DNA of 64,000 nucleotides from Nitrospinaceae bacterium UBA7883. GTDB taxonomy: Bacteria; Nitrospinota_A; UBA7883. Shown in pieces: positions 1 to 10,038 of the stretch. Location of the stretch: the NCBI GenBank assembly GCA_002500605.1, contig DLRR01000002.1, forward strand, positions 74,299-138,298. Reading direction: 5' to 3'. Position 1 is the first letter of the stretch; every line of letters starts with the position of its first letter. Below the pieces are notes generated by a model. It made no database searches. It was not told where the DNA came from and saw only the letters and a list, made by a program, of their open reading frames with translations. The translations under genes were made by a program, and so were the position numbers.

Positions 1-163
1 ACAACACTTATTTTCATCATAAAGTCCTATAGTACAATTTCATTGATAGTACTTATCCCATTACGCTGTTGTGAAACATTCTATCCTAGGCAACCAACAA
101 ATCTTAAACTAATTAATTTTGTCGGTTACGTTATCTGCGATTAGCATAACTATTTTAGCTAAA

Positions 164-853
164 CTAACGGCGTAGAATAATTGTGACCCACCGCCAAACG
201 TTCACCATGCTCAACAAAGAGTTTGCAAGGTAGGTAAAAGCACAGGCCTTAAGGATTTTTCGCACTGCAGTTTCTTCATCTTTTCCAGTTATATAACCAC
301 CTTTCTTCAATATTGGTAAGGCCCTACCGAAGGATGCATCCAGTTCCACAGGTAACGTTATCAAATGAACAAGTGCATTCGATCCAAGAGAAACTAGTCC
401 TAAAACTACTACCACAATAGTGGCATAGGGTGAGCGGGTGATACCGAGAATTACCGGAATGGCTAGCATAGCTACCGATCCGATTTTCTCGGCCTGCTGA
501 GCAAATGCAACCATTTTAGTTCTGCTCCTAAGCGGCGGGTAACCCTCGTAGTCCTGCAAGGCGTGACCAAACTCATGTGCAGCTACAGCAATAGCTGAGA
601 GTGATTTTCCATTCATAGAATTTGAAGAGAGTCGCACAGCTTTTTCCTTTGGGTCGTAATGATCTCCACCGTTAAACTGTTCTACAACAACACCAGTCAG
701 GCCATATTCCTCTACCAAATGTTTAGCTAATTGACCACCAGTGCCAGGTAAGTTTTCTACAGGTTCTGAATGATGATTGATGGCTGACCTTGCCAAAAAA
801 TGAGGAGCCACCATCACGATTAGCAACAGAATACCAAAGATTATCGGGATCAT
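164..853 (-). CDS. YugP-type membrane zinc metallopeptidase (HEXXH, 'HEFGH')
   Basis: 229 aa ORF with an N-terminal TM segment, a HEFGH zinc-binding motif and C-terminal TM helices. This is typical of the peptidase_M YugP family. Confidence 0.75.
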   Translation of the reverse strand: MIPIIFGILLLIVMVAPHFLARSAINHHSEPVENLPGTGGQLAKHLVEEYGLTGVVVEQFNGGDHYDPKEKAVRLSSNSMNGKSLSAIAVAAHEFGHALQDYEGYPPLRSRTKMVAFAQQAEKIGSVAMLAIPVILGITRSPYATIVVVVLGLVSLGSNALVHLITLPVELDASFGRALPILKKGGYITGKDEETAVRKILKACAFTYLANSLLSMVNVWRWVTIILRR

Positions 854-873
854 ACCGAGGCCTCTCGGGCCCT

Positions 874-1398
874 TTATAATTTATTGGAAGGAGGAAGAGG
901 GCGACAGTCTGACATGTCTCCTTCTGCTTTGTCCATACCGTGGAGTAGTGGCTTAAATACTGAGTCTAGATTTTCCACTGCTGCCTTCGGAGATCCTGGT
1001 AAGTTAACTATCATGCAATTTCCTCTCAGTCCAGCCACCCCTCTAGCCAAAATAGCATTTGAAGTCACCTTTTGGGATGCCAAACGCATGGCCTCAGGAA
1101 TACCAGGTATCAGTCTATCCAACAGAGCTTCGGTGGCTTCAGGAGTAACATCGCGTGGCGATAATCCAGTTCCACCAGATGTAAGTATCAAGTTGTACGA
1201 ACCACCATCTGCTAATTCCAAAATTGTTTTACCTATTTGATCTGCTTCGTCAGGTATTATAACGGTGTTACCTAATTTCTGATCGTTATCTTCGAGAAAC
1301 TTTTTTATTGCAGGGGCACATTTGTCATCGCGTACCCCGGCGCTCGCTCGGTCACTTATTACAACAAGAGCAATTGAATATTGTTTTGTATCCGACAT
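874..1398 (-). CDS. mogA: Molybdenum cofactor biosynthesis protein MogA/MoaB (molybdopterin adenylyltransferase)
   Basis: 174 aa. The 'LILTSGGTGLSPRDVTPEA' segment contains the conserved GGTG motif of the MoCF_biosynth domain. Confidence 0.85.
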   Translation of the reverse strand: MSDTKQYSIALVVISDRASAGVRDDKCAPAIKKFLEDNDQKLGNTVIIPDEADQIGKTILELADGGSYNLILTSGGTGLSPRDVTPEATEALLDRLIPGIPEAMRLASQKVTSNAILARGVAGLRGNCMIVNLPGSPKAAVENLDSVFKPLLHGMDKAEGDMSDCRPLPPSNKL

Positions 1399-1406
1399 AG
1401 AATGTT

Positions 1407-1640
1407 TTACTCAGCTAAGGCATCTTGGGAAGCACAACTATGACTGCAATAATAACGGAAGCCATCAGGCGCTTTTTTTACAACGGCAGTATCACGAGCG
1501 ACAAATTTCCCGCATACTGGATCCTTCTCCATCTCCAAAGAATTTACACATGGGCTGCTACTAAAAAATGTGCTTTTTATCCTTGAAACAGCATACCAAG
1601 TAACAGCAACTAGTATCGCTAGCATTAGATAGATTCGCAT
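1407..1640 (-). CDS. Membrane-anchored YHS/TRASH-domain metal-binding protein
   Basis: 77 aa with an N-terminal TM helix, then a 'CGKFV...YYCSHSC' cysteine pattern typical of YHS domains. Confidence 0.55.
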   Translation of the reverse strand: MRIYLMLAILVAVTWYAVSRIKSTFFSSSPCVNSLEMEKDPVCGKFVARDTAVVKKAPDGFRYYCSHSCASQDALAE

Positions 1641-1914
1641 AGCTTCATTTTAACAGGTAAACACAAAAGGTGGTATAGGTCGATAAATTATATGGAATTA
1701 TTATGTTTTTTGTGCAAAAAGTGAATTCACTTCCTGAGTCAAATGGATAATTGATGTATTTATTTTGATGAAAATTGCTCCTATTGGCTAATTATAGTTT
1801 ATAATTTTCTCATAAATGGTGTTTTTACAATCGAAAGGAGCTAATTTCTAGTGATGTCAAAGGTTGTGATGTTAGCAAAAAAATTGTAACGAGTGAATTA
1901 CCCAGGAGAAAGAT

Positions 1915-2112
1915 ATGTTTGGAATAGGAATGCCTGAGCTGATAATTATATTGATTATTCTGCTCGTTGTTTTTGGTGCCAGTAGATTACCAGACATCGG
2001 GTCTGGACTTGGTAAAGGGATAAAAAACTTCAAGAAGTCGTTCACCGAAGCTGAGAAGAGTATTAAAGCTGCTACTGATGATGATTCCACTGAAGAAAAA
2101 AAGGAAAGCTAG
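1915..2112 (+). CDS. tatA: Twin-arginine translocase subunit TatA/E
   Basis: 65 aa. 'MFGIGMPELIIILIILLVVFGASRLP' is the canonical TatA TM plus amphipathic-helix start, and the C-terminal tail is acidic. Confidence 0.85.
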   Translation: MFGIGMPELIIILIILLVVFGASRLPDIGSGLGKGIKNFKKSFTEAEKSIKAATDDDSTEEKKES

Positions 2113-2140
2113 ACACACACAAAACAGGATATTGGTATTC

Positions 2141-2440
2141 GTGGACAAAGATATAGTGGTCACCTGTGCTTGTTGCGACTCAGTTCTGATTATAGACAGG
2201 GTTTCAGGGAAATTAGTGGAATGTCGCAAACCACTGGTAGAAGAAAGTTCAGGAGACAGGCTAGTAGACGCATTTAAGAAAAGTAAACAAGACAGAGATA
2301 CACGAAACGCCATTTTCGATAACATGAGGGATTTGGCTGATAATAAAAAGAAAGTCGCTGAAGAACTTTTCAAGGCCTCGCTTGAAGAAGCAAAAAAGGA
2401 CCCCGAAGATAAGCCGCAATCCATTTACGATGTAGAGTGA
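2141..2440 (+). CDS. Hypothetical small zinc-ribbon-like protein (CxxC..C)
   Basis: The ORF in track 2078..2440 overlaps the tatA stop. A GTG start at 2141 gives 'VDKDIVVTCACCDSVLIIDR..C'. The protein is cysteine-rich at the N-terminus and charged at the C-terminus. No family was recognised. Confidence 0.3.
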   Translation: MDKDIVVTCACCDSVLIIDRVSGKLVECRKPLVEESSGDRLVDAFKKSKQDRDTRNAIFDNMRDLADNKKKVAEELFKASLEEAKKDPEDKPQSIYDVE

Positions 2441-2588
2441 TCAAAGCATCCTTCATTCGTTTGACTTTGACCAAGTCAGCTTGTTTCAGTAATAATAGTT
2501 ATCCATACGGAAACCAATTTCTACAGTATAATTCATTTGTTTCACGTCAAGTTTTTGTTCTTCAACACCGGTTAGTTTATACTTTGGC

Positions 2589-3533
2589 ATGTATAAAATA
2601 CTTTTAATAATAGTCATTTTGATGGTTGTGGCATCTGAAGTTTACGGACAACCAGCCGAACACATAACTGTTCCAGTCAAAGCTACCTCAGAAATAGTGA
2701 ACGGGAATAACCATGCGGCAAGACAAAGAGCTATTGCTAAAGCCTTTCAATTAGCAGTTTGGCTGGCTGCTGCTGGTGTTACTCCATCAAGTGAAATGGA
2801 ACACAACAAGAAACTTATCCAGAAAAACCTTCTTGCAAATGCAACAAGTTATGTGTTGAGTTACAAGTTTTTAGAGAATACTATCGATCCAATAAATGGA
2901 AATGTGCTAGTTCGCCTGCAAGTAACTCTCTCTCTCGACACCATACGAAAAATCTTGAGTTCCTTAGGTATAAAGGCAAAGTCAAGAAAACTGCCAAAAC
3001 TTGTGGTTGTGATAAAAGAATCCAAAGTTGGAACCTTTACCGACTCCAACTTTCTTATACTAACTTCACTAACAGAAGAAGTCCTAACTAGTAATTTTAA
3101 GCGGCGTGGATATGAAGTGGTCGACAGAAGCGACATAACAGATGCTGGATTTGACAAACTATTGTTCAAGGCCATGGAAGGAAATATAGTTTCTATTGTA
3201 AATCTTGCAACTTACCTAAAAGCGGATATATTGATACTTGGGTCAGCCGACGTCACAGTCACTCCTTCAAGCAAAGGAGAAGTGATAGGTGTTACTATAA
3301 ATGTAACAATTAGGAATGGTTCCAATGGGAACGTCATGACTAAAAAGAGCAAAAGTGGAAGTGGCATTTTAAAGGATATTCTTGCAGGCAGCCTACATGT
3401 CAAATCTACCACAGCACACAATCTCTTTAGTTCACTAGTCAGATCAGTGGCATCCATTTGGCAAGAAATAGAAGACAACGCCAATAGCCGTAAGAATTTT
3501 CAAAAATTTAGCGTGCAGGATGATGTTAGATAA
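2589..3533 (+). CDS. Hypothetical secreted protein (signal peptide)
   Basis: 314 aa with a clear N-terminal signal peptide (MYKILLIIVILMVVASEVYG/QP). Its stop overlaps the start of the downstream AI-2E transporter. No family was recognised. Confidence 0.5.
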   Translation: MYKILLIIVILMVVASEVYGQPAEHITVPVKATSEIVNGNNHAARQRAIAKAFQLAVWLAAAGVTPSSEMEHNKKLIQKNLLANATSYVLSYKFLENTIDPINGNVLVRLQVTLSLDTIRKILSSLGIKAKSRKLPKLVVVIKESKVGTFTDSNFLILTSLTEEVLTSNFKRRGYEVVDRSDITDAGFDKLLFKAMEGNIVSIVNLATYLKADILILGSADVTVTPSSKGEVIGVTINVTIRNGSNGNVMTKKSKSGSGILKDILAGSLHVKSTTAHNLFSSLVRSVASIWQEIEDNANSRKNFQKFSVQDDVR

Positions 3534-4615
3534 TGGACTTGTATACAAATCGGCTGGGAAAGATTTTCTTAGGTTTATTGGTCATAGCAATTCTATTGTG
3601 GATGGTGTATATGGCCGAGGTAATACTATTTCCTTTTGTGGCAGCATTAACACTCGCTTATTTACTTGACCCGCTAATAAGTAGGTTAGAAGCGCTTCAC
3701 ATACAACGACCAATTGCAATAATAGGCCTGCTAGGTTTGGTAATATCCCTTTGCTTTGGTGTGTTCGCTGTTTTAACTCCAATGGTGCTGGAACAGACAA
3801 ATGCATTGTCAAAAAGTCTGCCGAACTATATTAGGATAATTGAAGAAAAAGTTGAACCATTTATAAGTAATGTGTCATTAGCAGAGTCTGGAAATTATAA
3901 GCTGCTGGTTCTTAGCGCTTTATCATCTCTTGGTGATCTTCCCGCCCGTGCGGCAAAAGCTACAGTGGAGGCGTTCTGGTCCAGTTTGACTGGCACTATG
4001 GGGTATATTATCGCCATTATCAACCTAGTGATTATCCCGGTGGCCACATTTTACTTTCTAAGGGATTTAGATAACATAAGGGAGAAAATAAAACACCGCA
4101 TCCCACAGCGAAACCGTGAAAAAGTTTTTGCCTTGGCAATGAAAATAGACTCGATTCTTAAAGGTTTTTTCCGTGGGCAAATGATGGTGGCATTGTTTTT
4201 AGCCATCTTTTTATCTGTTGGGCTGCTTATATTAAAAATACCAGCTGGGCTGTTCATAGGGCTTGTTGCTGGTTTAGCAAACGTAGTTCCATACTTAGCA
4301 ATATTTGTGGGACTTATTCCAGCAACATTCTTAGCTTATGTCAAGTTTGGAACTTTAGGCAGTGTAATATCAGTTGTGTTGTTGTTCGTCATTGCAAATG
4401 CCATAGAAGGGCTTGTGATCACACCCAAATTGCTTGAGAAAGAAGTTGGATTACATCCAATAGTAGTGATGGGATCAATGTTAGTTGGCGGATCACTTTT
4501 TGGGTTTCTAGGCATTATGCTAGCCGTTCCCATAGCTGCTGTAGTTAAAGTAGGACTAAAAGAACTTGACAGGGTATATCTGGAGTCAAATTATTATCTT
4601 AATAGAACCAAGTGA
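3533..4615 (+). CDS. AI-2E family transporter (PerM/YhhT/TqsA, UPF0118)
   Basis: 360 aa polytopic membrane protein with the characteristic AI-2E architecture and the central 'KGFFRGQMMVALFLA' region. Confidence 0.75.
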   Translation: MDLYTNRLGKIFLGLLVIAILLWMVYMAEVILFPFVAALTLAYLLDPLISRLEALHIQRPIAIIGLLGLVISLCFGVFAVLTPMVLEQTNALSKSLPNYIRIIEEKVEPFISNVSLAESGNYKLLVLSALSSLGDLPARAAKATVEAFWSSLTGTMGYIIAIINLVIIPVATFYFLRDLDNIREKIKHRIPQRNREKVFALAMKIDSILKGFFRGQMMVALFLAIFLSVGLLILKIPAGLFIGLVAGLANVVPYLAIFVGLIPATFLAYVKFGTLGSVISVVLLFVIANAIEGLVITPKLLEKEVGLHPIVVMGSMLVGGSLFGFLGIMLAVPIAAVVKVGLKELDRVYLESNYYLNRTK

Positions 4616-4792
4616 CCACTTATCAAGAAAGAGCATGGATTAGCCAAAGGTCCGACAAACAATTTTTATCTGTTAAGCCACAGCATAAAGTCACTACCAA
4701 CACAAAAATAATAATTGAAGAGCACCACATTTACTTCCCCACTCTAAAGTTACAATATGGTGGGTTTTTGGCCCTAATTATGCAAAGCTTTG

Positions 4793-5608
4793 TTATTCCG
4801 CAACAATAAAAGAATTTACAAGCCCTTGACTCCTGGCACGGTCAAGGACTTTTTTGGCTTTAGTCATGCTGTTAATTGGACCCACCTGGACCCTTGTAAG
4901 GAAACGGTCATTGTCAGAGATTATAGGCAACAGCCTTACCAACCACGATAATTTTAGGAGTCTAGTCTTGACCTTCATAGCATTATTCGTTTTAGCAAAA
5001 GCTCCAACCTGAATAAAAAACTTTCCTTGTTCCAAGTTTGGCAGACTACCTGCCACAGTAGGTGCGCCACCTAATGGATCCGGTTTTCCTTTGGCAAGGG
5101 CTACAACTCTAACCATAGCAGTACCTTGGTTGACCAAATCAATTTTTCTGGCCGCTCCATATGACAGGTCTATGATTCTACTATGAACAAAGGGTCCACG
5201 GTCATTTATCCTCGCTGCCAACTTTTGTCCAGTGTCAAGCCTTGTGATTTCCACTACAGTTCCAAATGGCAACGTTTTATGAGCGGCGCTTATTTCATAC
5301 ATATTATATATTTCACCATTGGCTGTAAGCCTACCATGGAATTTCTTACCGTACCATGAAGCTAACCCTTTCTTGTCATATCCGAATGCTACCCCAATTG
5401 GATAGTATGTTATACCCTTGATTGTGTATGGCTTAGATTTTTTCAGATAATTGGTCTTGTCCCTATTTGATCTTTTAATAAGCCCATCATGGTAATTAGG
5501 TTTTGAGATTCTTTCTTTAGAAGCACATCCCAACGAAAAAAAAATCAAGAAGGTAGTTAATGAGAGGGTCAATGCTAAAAATGTGGCAATTTGCTCTTTA
5601 AGTCCCAT
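4793..5608 (-). CDS. rlpA: Septal ring lytic transglycosylase RlpA (DPBB domain + C-terminal SPOR domain)
   Basis: Lipoprotein-like signal ending in ...LGC, a DPBB core ('KTLPFGTVVEITRLDTGQKLAARINDRGPF') and a C-terminal SPOR-like domain. Confidence 0.8.
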   Translation of the reverse strand: MGLKEQIATFLALTLSLTTFLIFFSLGCASKERISKPNYHDGLIKRSNRDKTNYLKKSKPYTIKGITYYPIGVAFGYDKKGLASWYGKKFHGRLTANGEIYNMYEISAAHKTLPFGTVVEITRLDTGQKLAARINDRGPFVHSRIIDLSYGAARKIDLVNQGTAMVRVVALAKGKPDPLGGAPTVAGSLPNLEQGKFFIQVGAFAKTNNAMKVKTRLLKLSWLVRLLPIISDNDRFLTRVQVGPINSMTKAKKVLDRARSQGLVNSFIVAE

Positions 5609-5958
5609 GATGATTTAATAGGTTGTATGCAACCACAAAGAGAATGTTTTCTACACAATATAACAGCTTATAGCTGCATCCGCTTGGTTATACATCTAAA
5701 ACCTAAAGATATCGGATTCTTGGTCATGATTTTGGTGGCATATGACTCCATAGGGGTTCCAAGAACCATTGATCAAAGAAAGGGCCTTGTTGAATTTCTC
5801 GTTGCTCCCGACTTTGCCGACGATGCTATATGTCTTCTAAGGTCACTAAGTGAGGAAATAGTTGGAATGTGTATCTTAAATTCCTGTCGTGGGCAGTCTA
5901 ACCTTTAATAATTTATGTCGTCACAAACAATGCACGGCATTTGTGCTAGCATATTGAT

Positions 5959-7362
5959 TCAATCGTGGTTTTTTGATAAGTAGCTAGCTACATCAATATC
6001 GTGTTGTTTTATTTTCTCTTGTAGGTTCTTACGAGCAATCTCAATGGCTTCTGCAGTTCTAGAAATGTTTCCAGCATGGCGCTTCAAGGCATTTCCCAAA
6101 TAGCTCTTTTCCCATTTAGCCTTCGCCAACTTAAGTGGTAGCATGTCTGCCGACTCGTAATGAGGCGGGATATATAACTTAAAGCGTGGAGAACGCATAT
6201 TTTCTGGTAAGTCAGATACTTCAATAGTTTTATTTTTAGACAATACAACCGCACGCTCGATCACATTTTCAAGTTCCCTGATGTTCCCAGGCCATTTGTA
6301 CCCGCTCATAATCACAAGAGCTTCATCTGAAATATCTGAAATATCCTTGTTAGTCTCCTTGCGATATTTCTCTAAAAAGTGGTATGCCAAAGGAACAGTA
6401 TCTTCGACTCGCTCCCTAAGTGGGGGGACCTTTATTGATATGACATTTAGACGATAGAAAAGATCTTCACGGAAATTTGCATTCTTCACTTCTTCGGCAA
6501 GGTCACGATTTGTCGCTGCTATTATACGAGTATCGCATTTTATGGTTTTCGTACCCCCTACTCTCTCAAATTCAAGCTCTTGTATAACTCGTAAAAGTTT
6601 TATTTGGATCGATTGTGATATCTCTCCAATCTCATCTAAAAAAAGCGTCCCACCATTTGCTATCTCGAATCGCCCTTTTCGCATGCCAACAGCGCCTGTG
6701 AATGAACCTTTTTCGTGGCCAAACAATTCCGATTCAAGCAGCTGTTCAGGTAAGGCAGCACATGAAACCTTTATAAAAGGCTTTCCAGCTCTCTGGCTTT
6801 TCTTATGAATGGCTTTTGCCACGAGTTCCTTGCCGACCCCCGACTCGCCAAGCACAAGAACAGTAGCATTGCTTTGCGACACATCATCAAGAGAAGAAAG
6901 AATTTTTTTCATCTCGAAACTTTTATAAACCATAGTATCGTCCATCAACACCCGTGATAATTCTTCTCGCAGCATCTTGTTTTCTGAGCGAATACCCTGA
7001 AGTTCAAAAATCTTTTTTATGGTTAGTATCACTTCATCTGGCTCGAATGGGCGAAGTAGATATGTAAAGGCACCCTTTTTTATGGCTTCTATAGCAGTTG
7101 GAATAGACCCGTATGCTGTAATAATTATTACTTCCGTAGAAGGCCAAGACTCTTTTATTCGATCCAGCAACTCTAGACCATTCATGAGTGGCATCATGAG
7201 ATCAACGAGTACAATGTCATAGGAATCCGCTTCTATTTTCCGAAGGCCTAATTCTCCGTTTTCTGCAGTTTCATATTCCCAACCGTGCATTTCTAACATG
7301 GCTGAAAGCAGCTCACGGTTTTCCATGCTGTCATCTACAATTAGGATTTTATTGTCACCCAT
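5959..7362 (-). CDS. Sigma-54-dependent response regulator (NtrC family: receiver + AAA+ + Fis HTH)
   Basis: Receiver domain (LIVDDS...D), AAA+ Walker A 'GESGVGKE', the GAFTGA-type motif 'GSFTGA' and a C-terminal HTH. No cognate kinase is adjacent. Confidence 0.9.
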   Translation of the reverse strand: MGDNKILIVDDSMENRELLSAMLEMHGWEYETAENGELGLRKIEADSYDIVLVDLMMPLMNGLELLDRIKESWPSTEVIIITAYGSIPTAIEAIKKGAFTYLLRPFEPDEVILTIKKIFELQGIRSENKMLREELSRVLMDDTMVYKSFEMKKILSSLDDVSQSNATVLVLGESGVGKELVAKAIHKKSQRAGKPFIKVSCAALPEQLLESELFGHEKGSFTGAVGMRKGRFEIANGGTLFLDEIGEISQSIQIKLLRVIQELEFERVGGTKTIKCDTRIIAATNRDLAEEVKNANFREDLFYRLNVISIKVPPLRERVEDTVPLAYHFLEKYRKETNKDISDISDEALVIMSGYKWPGNIRELENVIERAVVLSKNKTIEVSDLPENMRSPRFKLYIPPHYESADMLPLKLAKAKWEKSYLGNALKRHAGNISRTAEAIEIARKNLQEKIKQHDIDVASYLSKNHD

Positions 7363-7523
7363 TAAAACACGCTGTTATGATTTATTTTTTAGTCATTGTA
7401 TCATGGAGATCATAAACATAAGTGTTTGTCATTAATTATTGAAGTTCTATATTTACATTTCCAGTACAAATAAAGCTAATATTGCTGCATAAGCATTGGG
7501 CACAAATTGAATAAGGAAGCTTA

Positions 7524-8525
7524 GTGATGGAACTGAGGAAAGACCCAATCGTTGACAGATGGGTAGTTTTTAGCACTGAAAGAGTGTCGCGTCCTTTTGG
7601 CTTCATACCAGATTCTCACGATTACGATTCTCACAGTTTCTGCCCATTTTGCGAAGGAAATGAAACTTCTACTCCTCCAGAGACTCTTTGCTTTGGAAGA
7701 AAAGAAGGGGCTCCAGCAAACGGCGCTGGATGGAGTCTAAGGGTTGTGCCAAACAAGTTTCCAGCTCTTTCTATGGGTGGGGCTTTAAAAAGGGTAAAAG
7801 AGGGTATGTACGATGCAATGAGTGGTATTGGTGCGAGTGAAGTTGTTATAGAAACACCAACTCATGATTTAACTTTAGCCAATATGAGCGTGCCGCAGGC
7901 TGCACAACTGTTTAGTGCTGTAAAGGAGAGGTTTGTCTTCTTTCAAAAAAGCCCTGAGCTTAAATGCGCCCAATTTTTCAAAAACCATGGTTATATGGCA
8001 GGGGCGTCATTACCCCACTCTCACTCGCAAATAATTGCTATGCCTCTCGTTTCAAAGTTGCTCGGCGAAGAAATGGATGGGGCCGAAAAGTACTTCAAAG
8101 ATAAAGGTAGGTGCGTTTACTGCGATATCATAGCTGATGAATCTGGGTCAGGGGAAAGATTAGTTTACCTTAACAGCAAATTTTTAGTTACTACACCATA
8201 TGCGTCCAGGTTTCCTTACGAAACTTGGATTCTACCAACTTTCCATTCCAGCCAATTCGAGCAAACACACCCAAATTCAATTCTAATGCTTGCTGATGCT
8301 GTTACCCAAACGCTGAAAAGGATGACTGTCACGCTAGGTGATGTTCCCTACAATATGGTATTACATACGTCACCATTTCACTCTAACCAAAAAGGTTATT
8401 ATCACTGGCACCTAGAAATTTTTCCAATACAAGGAAAAGAAGCTGGGTTTGAGAGGGGATCTGGGTTTCATATTAATTCTACAGCGCCTGAACAAGCTGC
8501 TGTTCTGTTAAGGGAGGCTATATAA
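7524..8525 (+). CDS. galT: GalT-family HIT nucleotidyltransferase (galactose-1-phosphate uridylyltransferase-like)
   Basis: The active-site 'HSHSQ' (HxHxQ) motif and an N-terminal CPFCEGNE zinc motif are present. The gene lies immediately upstream of glgA. Confidence 0.75.
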   Translation: MMELRKDPIVDRWVVFSTERVSRPFGFIPDSHDYDSHSFCPFCEGNETSTPPETLCFGRKEGAPANGAGWSLRVVPNKFPALSMGGALKRVKEGMYDAMSGIGASEVVIETPTHDLTLANMSVPQAAQLFSAVKERFVFFQKSPELKCAQFFKNHGYMAGASLPHSHSQIIAMPLVSKLLGEEMDGAEKYFKDKGRCVYCDIIADESGSGERLVYLNSKFLVTTPYASRFPYETWILPTFHSSQFEQTHPNSILMLADAVTQTLKRMTVTLGDVPYNMVLHTSPFHSNQKGYYHWHLEIFPIQGKEAGFERGSGFHINSTAPEQAAVLLREAI

Positions 8526-8529
8526 ATCC

Positions 8530-10008
8530 GTGACAAAGCAACTTTCAATCGCCTTCGTAGCTTCTGAAGCCACACCATTTGCAAAAACAGGTGGCTTGGC
8601 AGATGTAGCAGGCTCTCTCCCGCCCGCCCTTGCAAAGTTAGGACACAAAGTGAGCTTATTCATTCCCCTTTACAAAGAGGTGGATCGCGCAAGACATAAA
8701 ATACCAGATCGTGGGCACAAACTGCAGGTTCAAGTGTCAGCACGAGTAATAGATGCACATTATAAAAAAATCAAGTGGCGTGGAGTAAATGTTTATTTTA
8801 TTGAGAGCGATGGGCATTTTCATAGGCATGGTTTGTATGGCTTGACTGATGGTGCCCACCCGGATAATTCCGAGCGATTCTCTCTTTTTTGCATGGCAAC
8901 GCTGTTGGCACTAAAAAAAGAGCAGATTACGCTGGATGTGATTCATGTCAATGACTGGCAATCCGCACTAGTGCCAGTTTATTTGAGTCAATTATTTTCA
9001 AGCGATAAAACTTTAGGAAAAGTTGCTACGGTTTTAACCGTTCACAACATTGGTTATCAAGGTATTTTCAACCCACTAGAATGGCATTTACTCGGACTCG
9101 ATTTTAGCCTTTTTAATATGCACAATTTAGAGTTTTATGGAAACATTAACTTTTTAAAGGGCGGCCTCATCCACACAAATATTATTACAACCGTATCAAG
9201 TACCTACGCAAAGGAAATACAAACAAAGGACGGAGGTTACGGTCTTGATTCGGTGCTTCGAAACAGAAGCAAAGATGTATTCGGGGTTGTCAATGGAATT
9301 GATACCGATCAATGGAATCCAAAAATTGACGAAACAATACCTCAGAACTTTGAAATAGCAAATATGGATGGAAAAAAGAAATGCAAAGAAAGCCTATTAA
9401 ACGAATTTGGTTTTCCTAAGGGTGAAAACCCCCTAATTGTAATGATTACTAGGCTGGCTGAGCAAAAAGGTGTGGATATAGGATTAGTTGCCATAGACCA
9501 GGCAATATCAAAGGGAATCAATTTCGCACTGCTCGGGTCTGGCTCAACACAATATGAGGAACTAGCCAAATCCCTTAAATACAAGTATCCGGACAATGTA
9601 TTTATTCACATTGGATTCGACGAAGCGTTAGCCCATAGAATGATAGCAGGTGCAGATATGTTTTTCATGCCATCTAGGTACGAGCCTTGTGGGCTCACCC
9701 AGATGTATTCTTTGGCTTATGGAACAGTACCTATCGTAAGGGCAACTGGTGGACTTAATGACACCGTTTCAGAATACAGTTCAGACACCAAAACTGGCGT
9801 TGGGTTTAAGTTTTCTAAATACAGTACTGAAGCCGCGTTTAAAAAAATAGAAGAGGCGGTAACTCTTTATAGAAATTGCCCGAACATATGGAACAAGATG
9901 GTAATCAATGGAATGAAGGAAGATAACTCATGGGCAAGCTCAGCAAAAGAGTACCTAAAGCTGTATAAAGTGGCCATAAAACATAAACAAGGAATATCCA
10001 TAAAATAA
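8530..10008 (+). CDS. glgA: Glycogen synthase (ADP-glucose type, GT5)
   Basis: N-terminal 'KTGGLADVAGSLP' motif. The 492 aa length is typical of GlgA. The start is GTG. Confidence 0.9.
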   Translation: MTKQLSIAFVASEATPFAKTGGLADVAGSLPPALAKLGHKVSLFIPLYKEVDRARHKIPDRGHKLQVQVSARVIDAHYKKIKWRGVNVYFIESDGHFHRHGLYGLTDGAHPDNSERFSLFCMATLLALKKEQITLDVIHVNDWQSALVPVYLSQLFSSDKTLGKVATVLTVHNIGYQGIFNPLEWHLLGLDFSLFNMHNLEFYGNINFLKGGLIHTNIITTVSSTYAKEIQTKDGGYGLDSVLRNRSKDVFGVVNGIDTDQWNPKIDETIPQNFEIANMDGKKKCKESLLNEFGFPKGENPLIVMITRLAEQKGVDIGLVAIDQAISKGINFALLGSGSTQYEELAKSLKYKYPDNVFIHIGFDEALAHRMIAGADMFFMPSRYEPCGLTQMYSLAYGTVPIVRATGGLNDTVSEYSSDTKTGVGFKFSKYSTEAAFKKIEEAVTLYRNCPNIWNKMVINGMKEDNSWASSAKEYLKLYKVAIKHKQGISIK

Positions 10009-10038
10009 GGCATTATCAGGGACCTATCCCCATTTGCT

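Noticed and set aside
884-1240. 118-aa ORF on + strand inside mogA (and similar antisense ORFs, e.g. 2861-3175, 6542-6808, 9342-9596, 10556-10798, 17113-17502, 17811-18206, 20193-20586, 23317-24018, 28310-28666, 37279-37881, 40570-40890, 55398-55841, 62651-63100)
   Set aside because: All lie entirely antisense to, or out of frame within, well-supported genes. Their amino-acid composition is atypical (Ser/Pro/Cys rich) and there is no start context. They were treated as shadow ORFs.
5591-5908. 105-aa ORF in the rlpA-ntrC intergenic region
   Set aside because: There is no recognisable domain or ribosome-binding site, and the composition is poor. The region more likely holds the rlpA promoter and a GGTTG-TATG-CAACC palindrome (5623-5636).
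7480-7500. Possible sigma-54 promoter TTGGGCACAAATTGAAT upstream of galT
   Set aside because: GG and GC are not at the canonical -24/-12 spacing, and the -12 element reads TTGA, not TTGC. It is insufficient to call.
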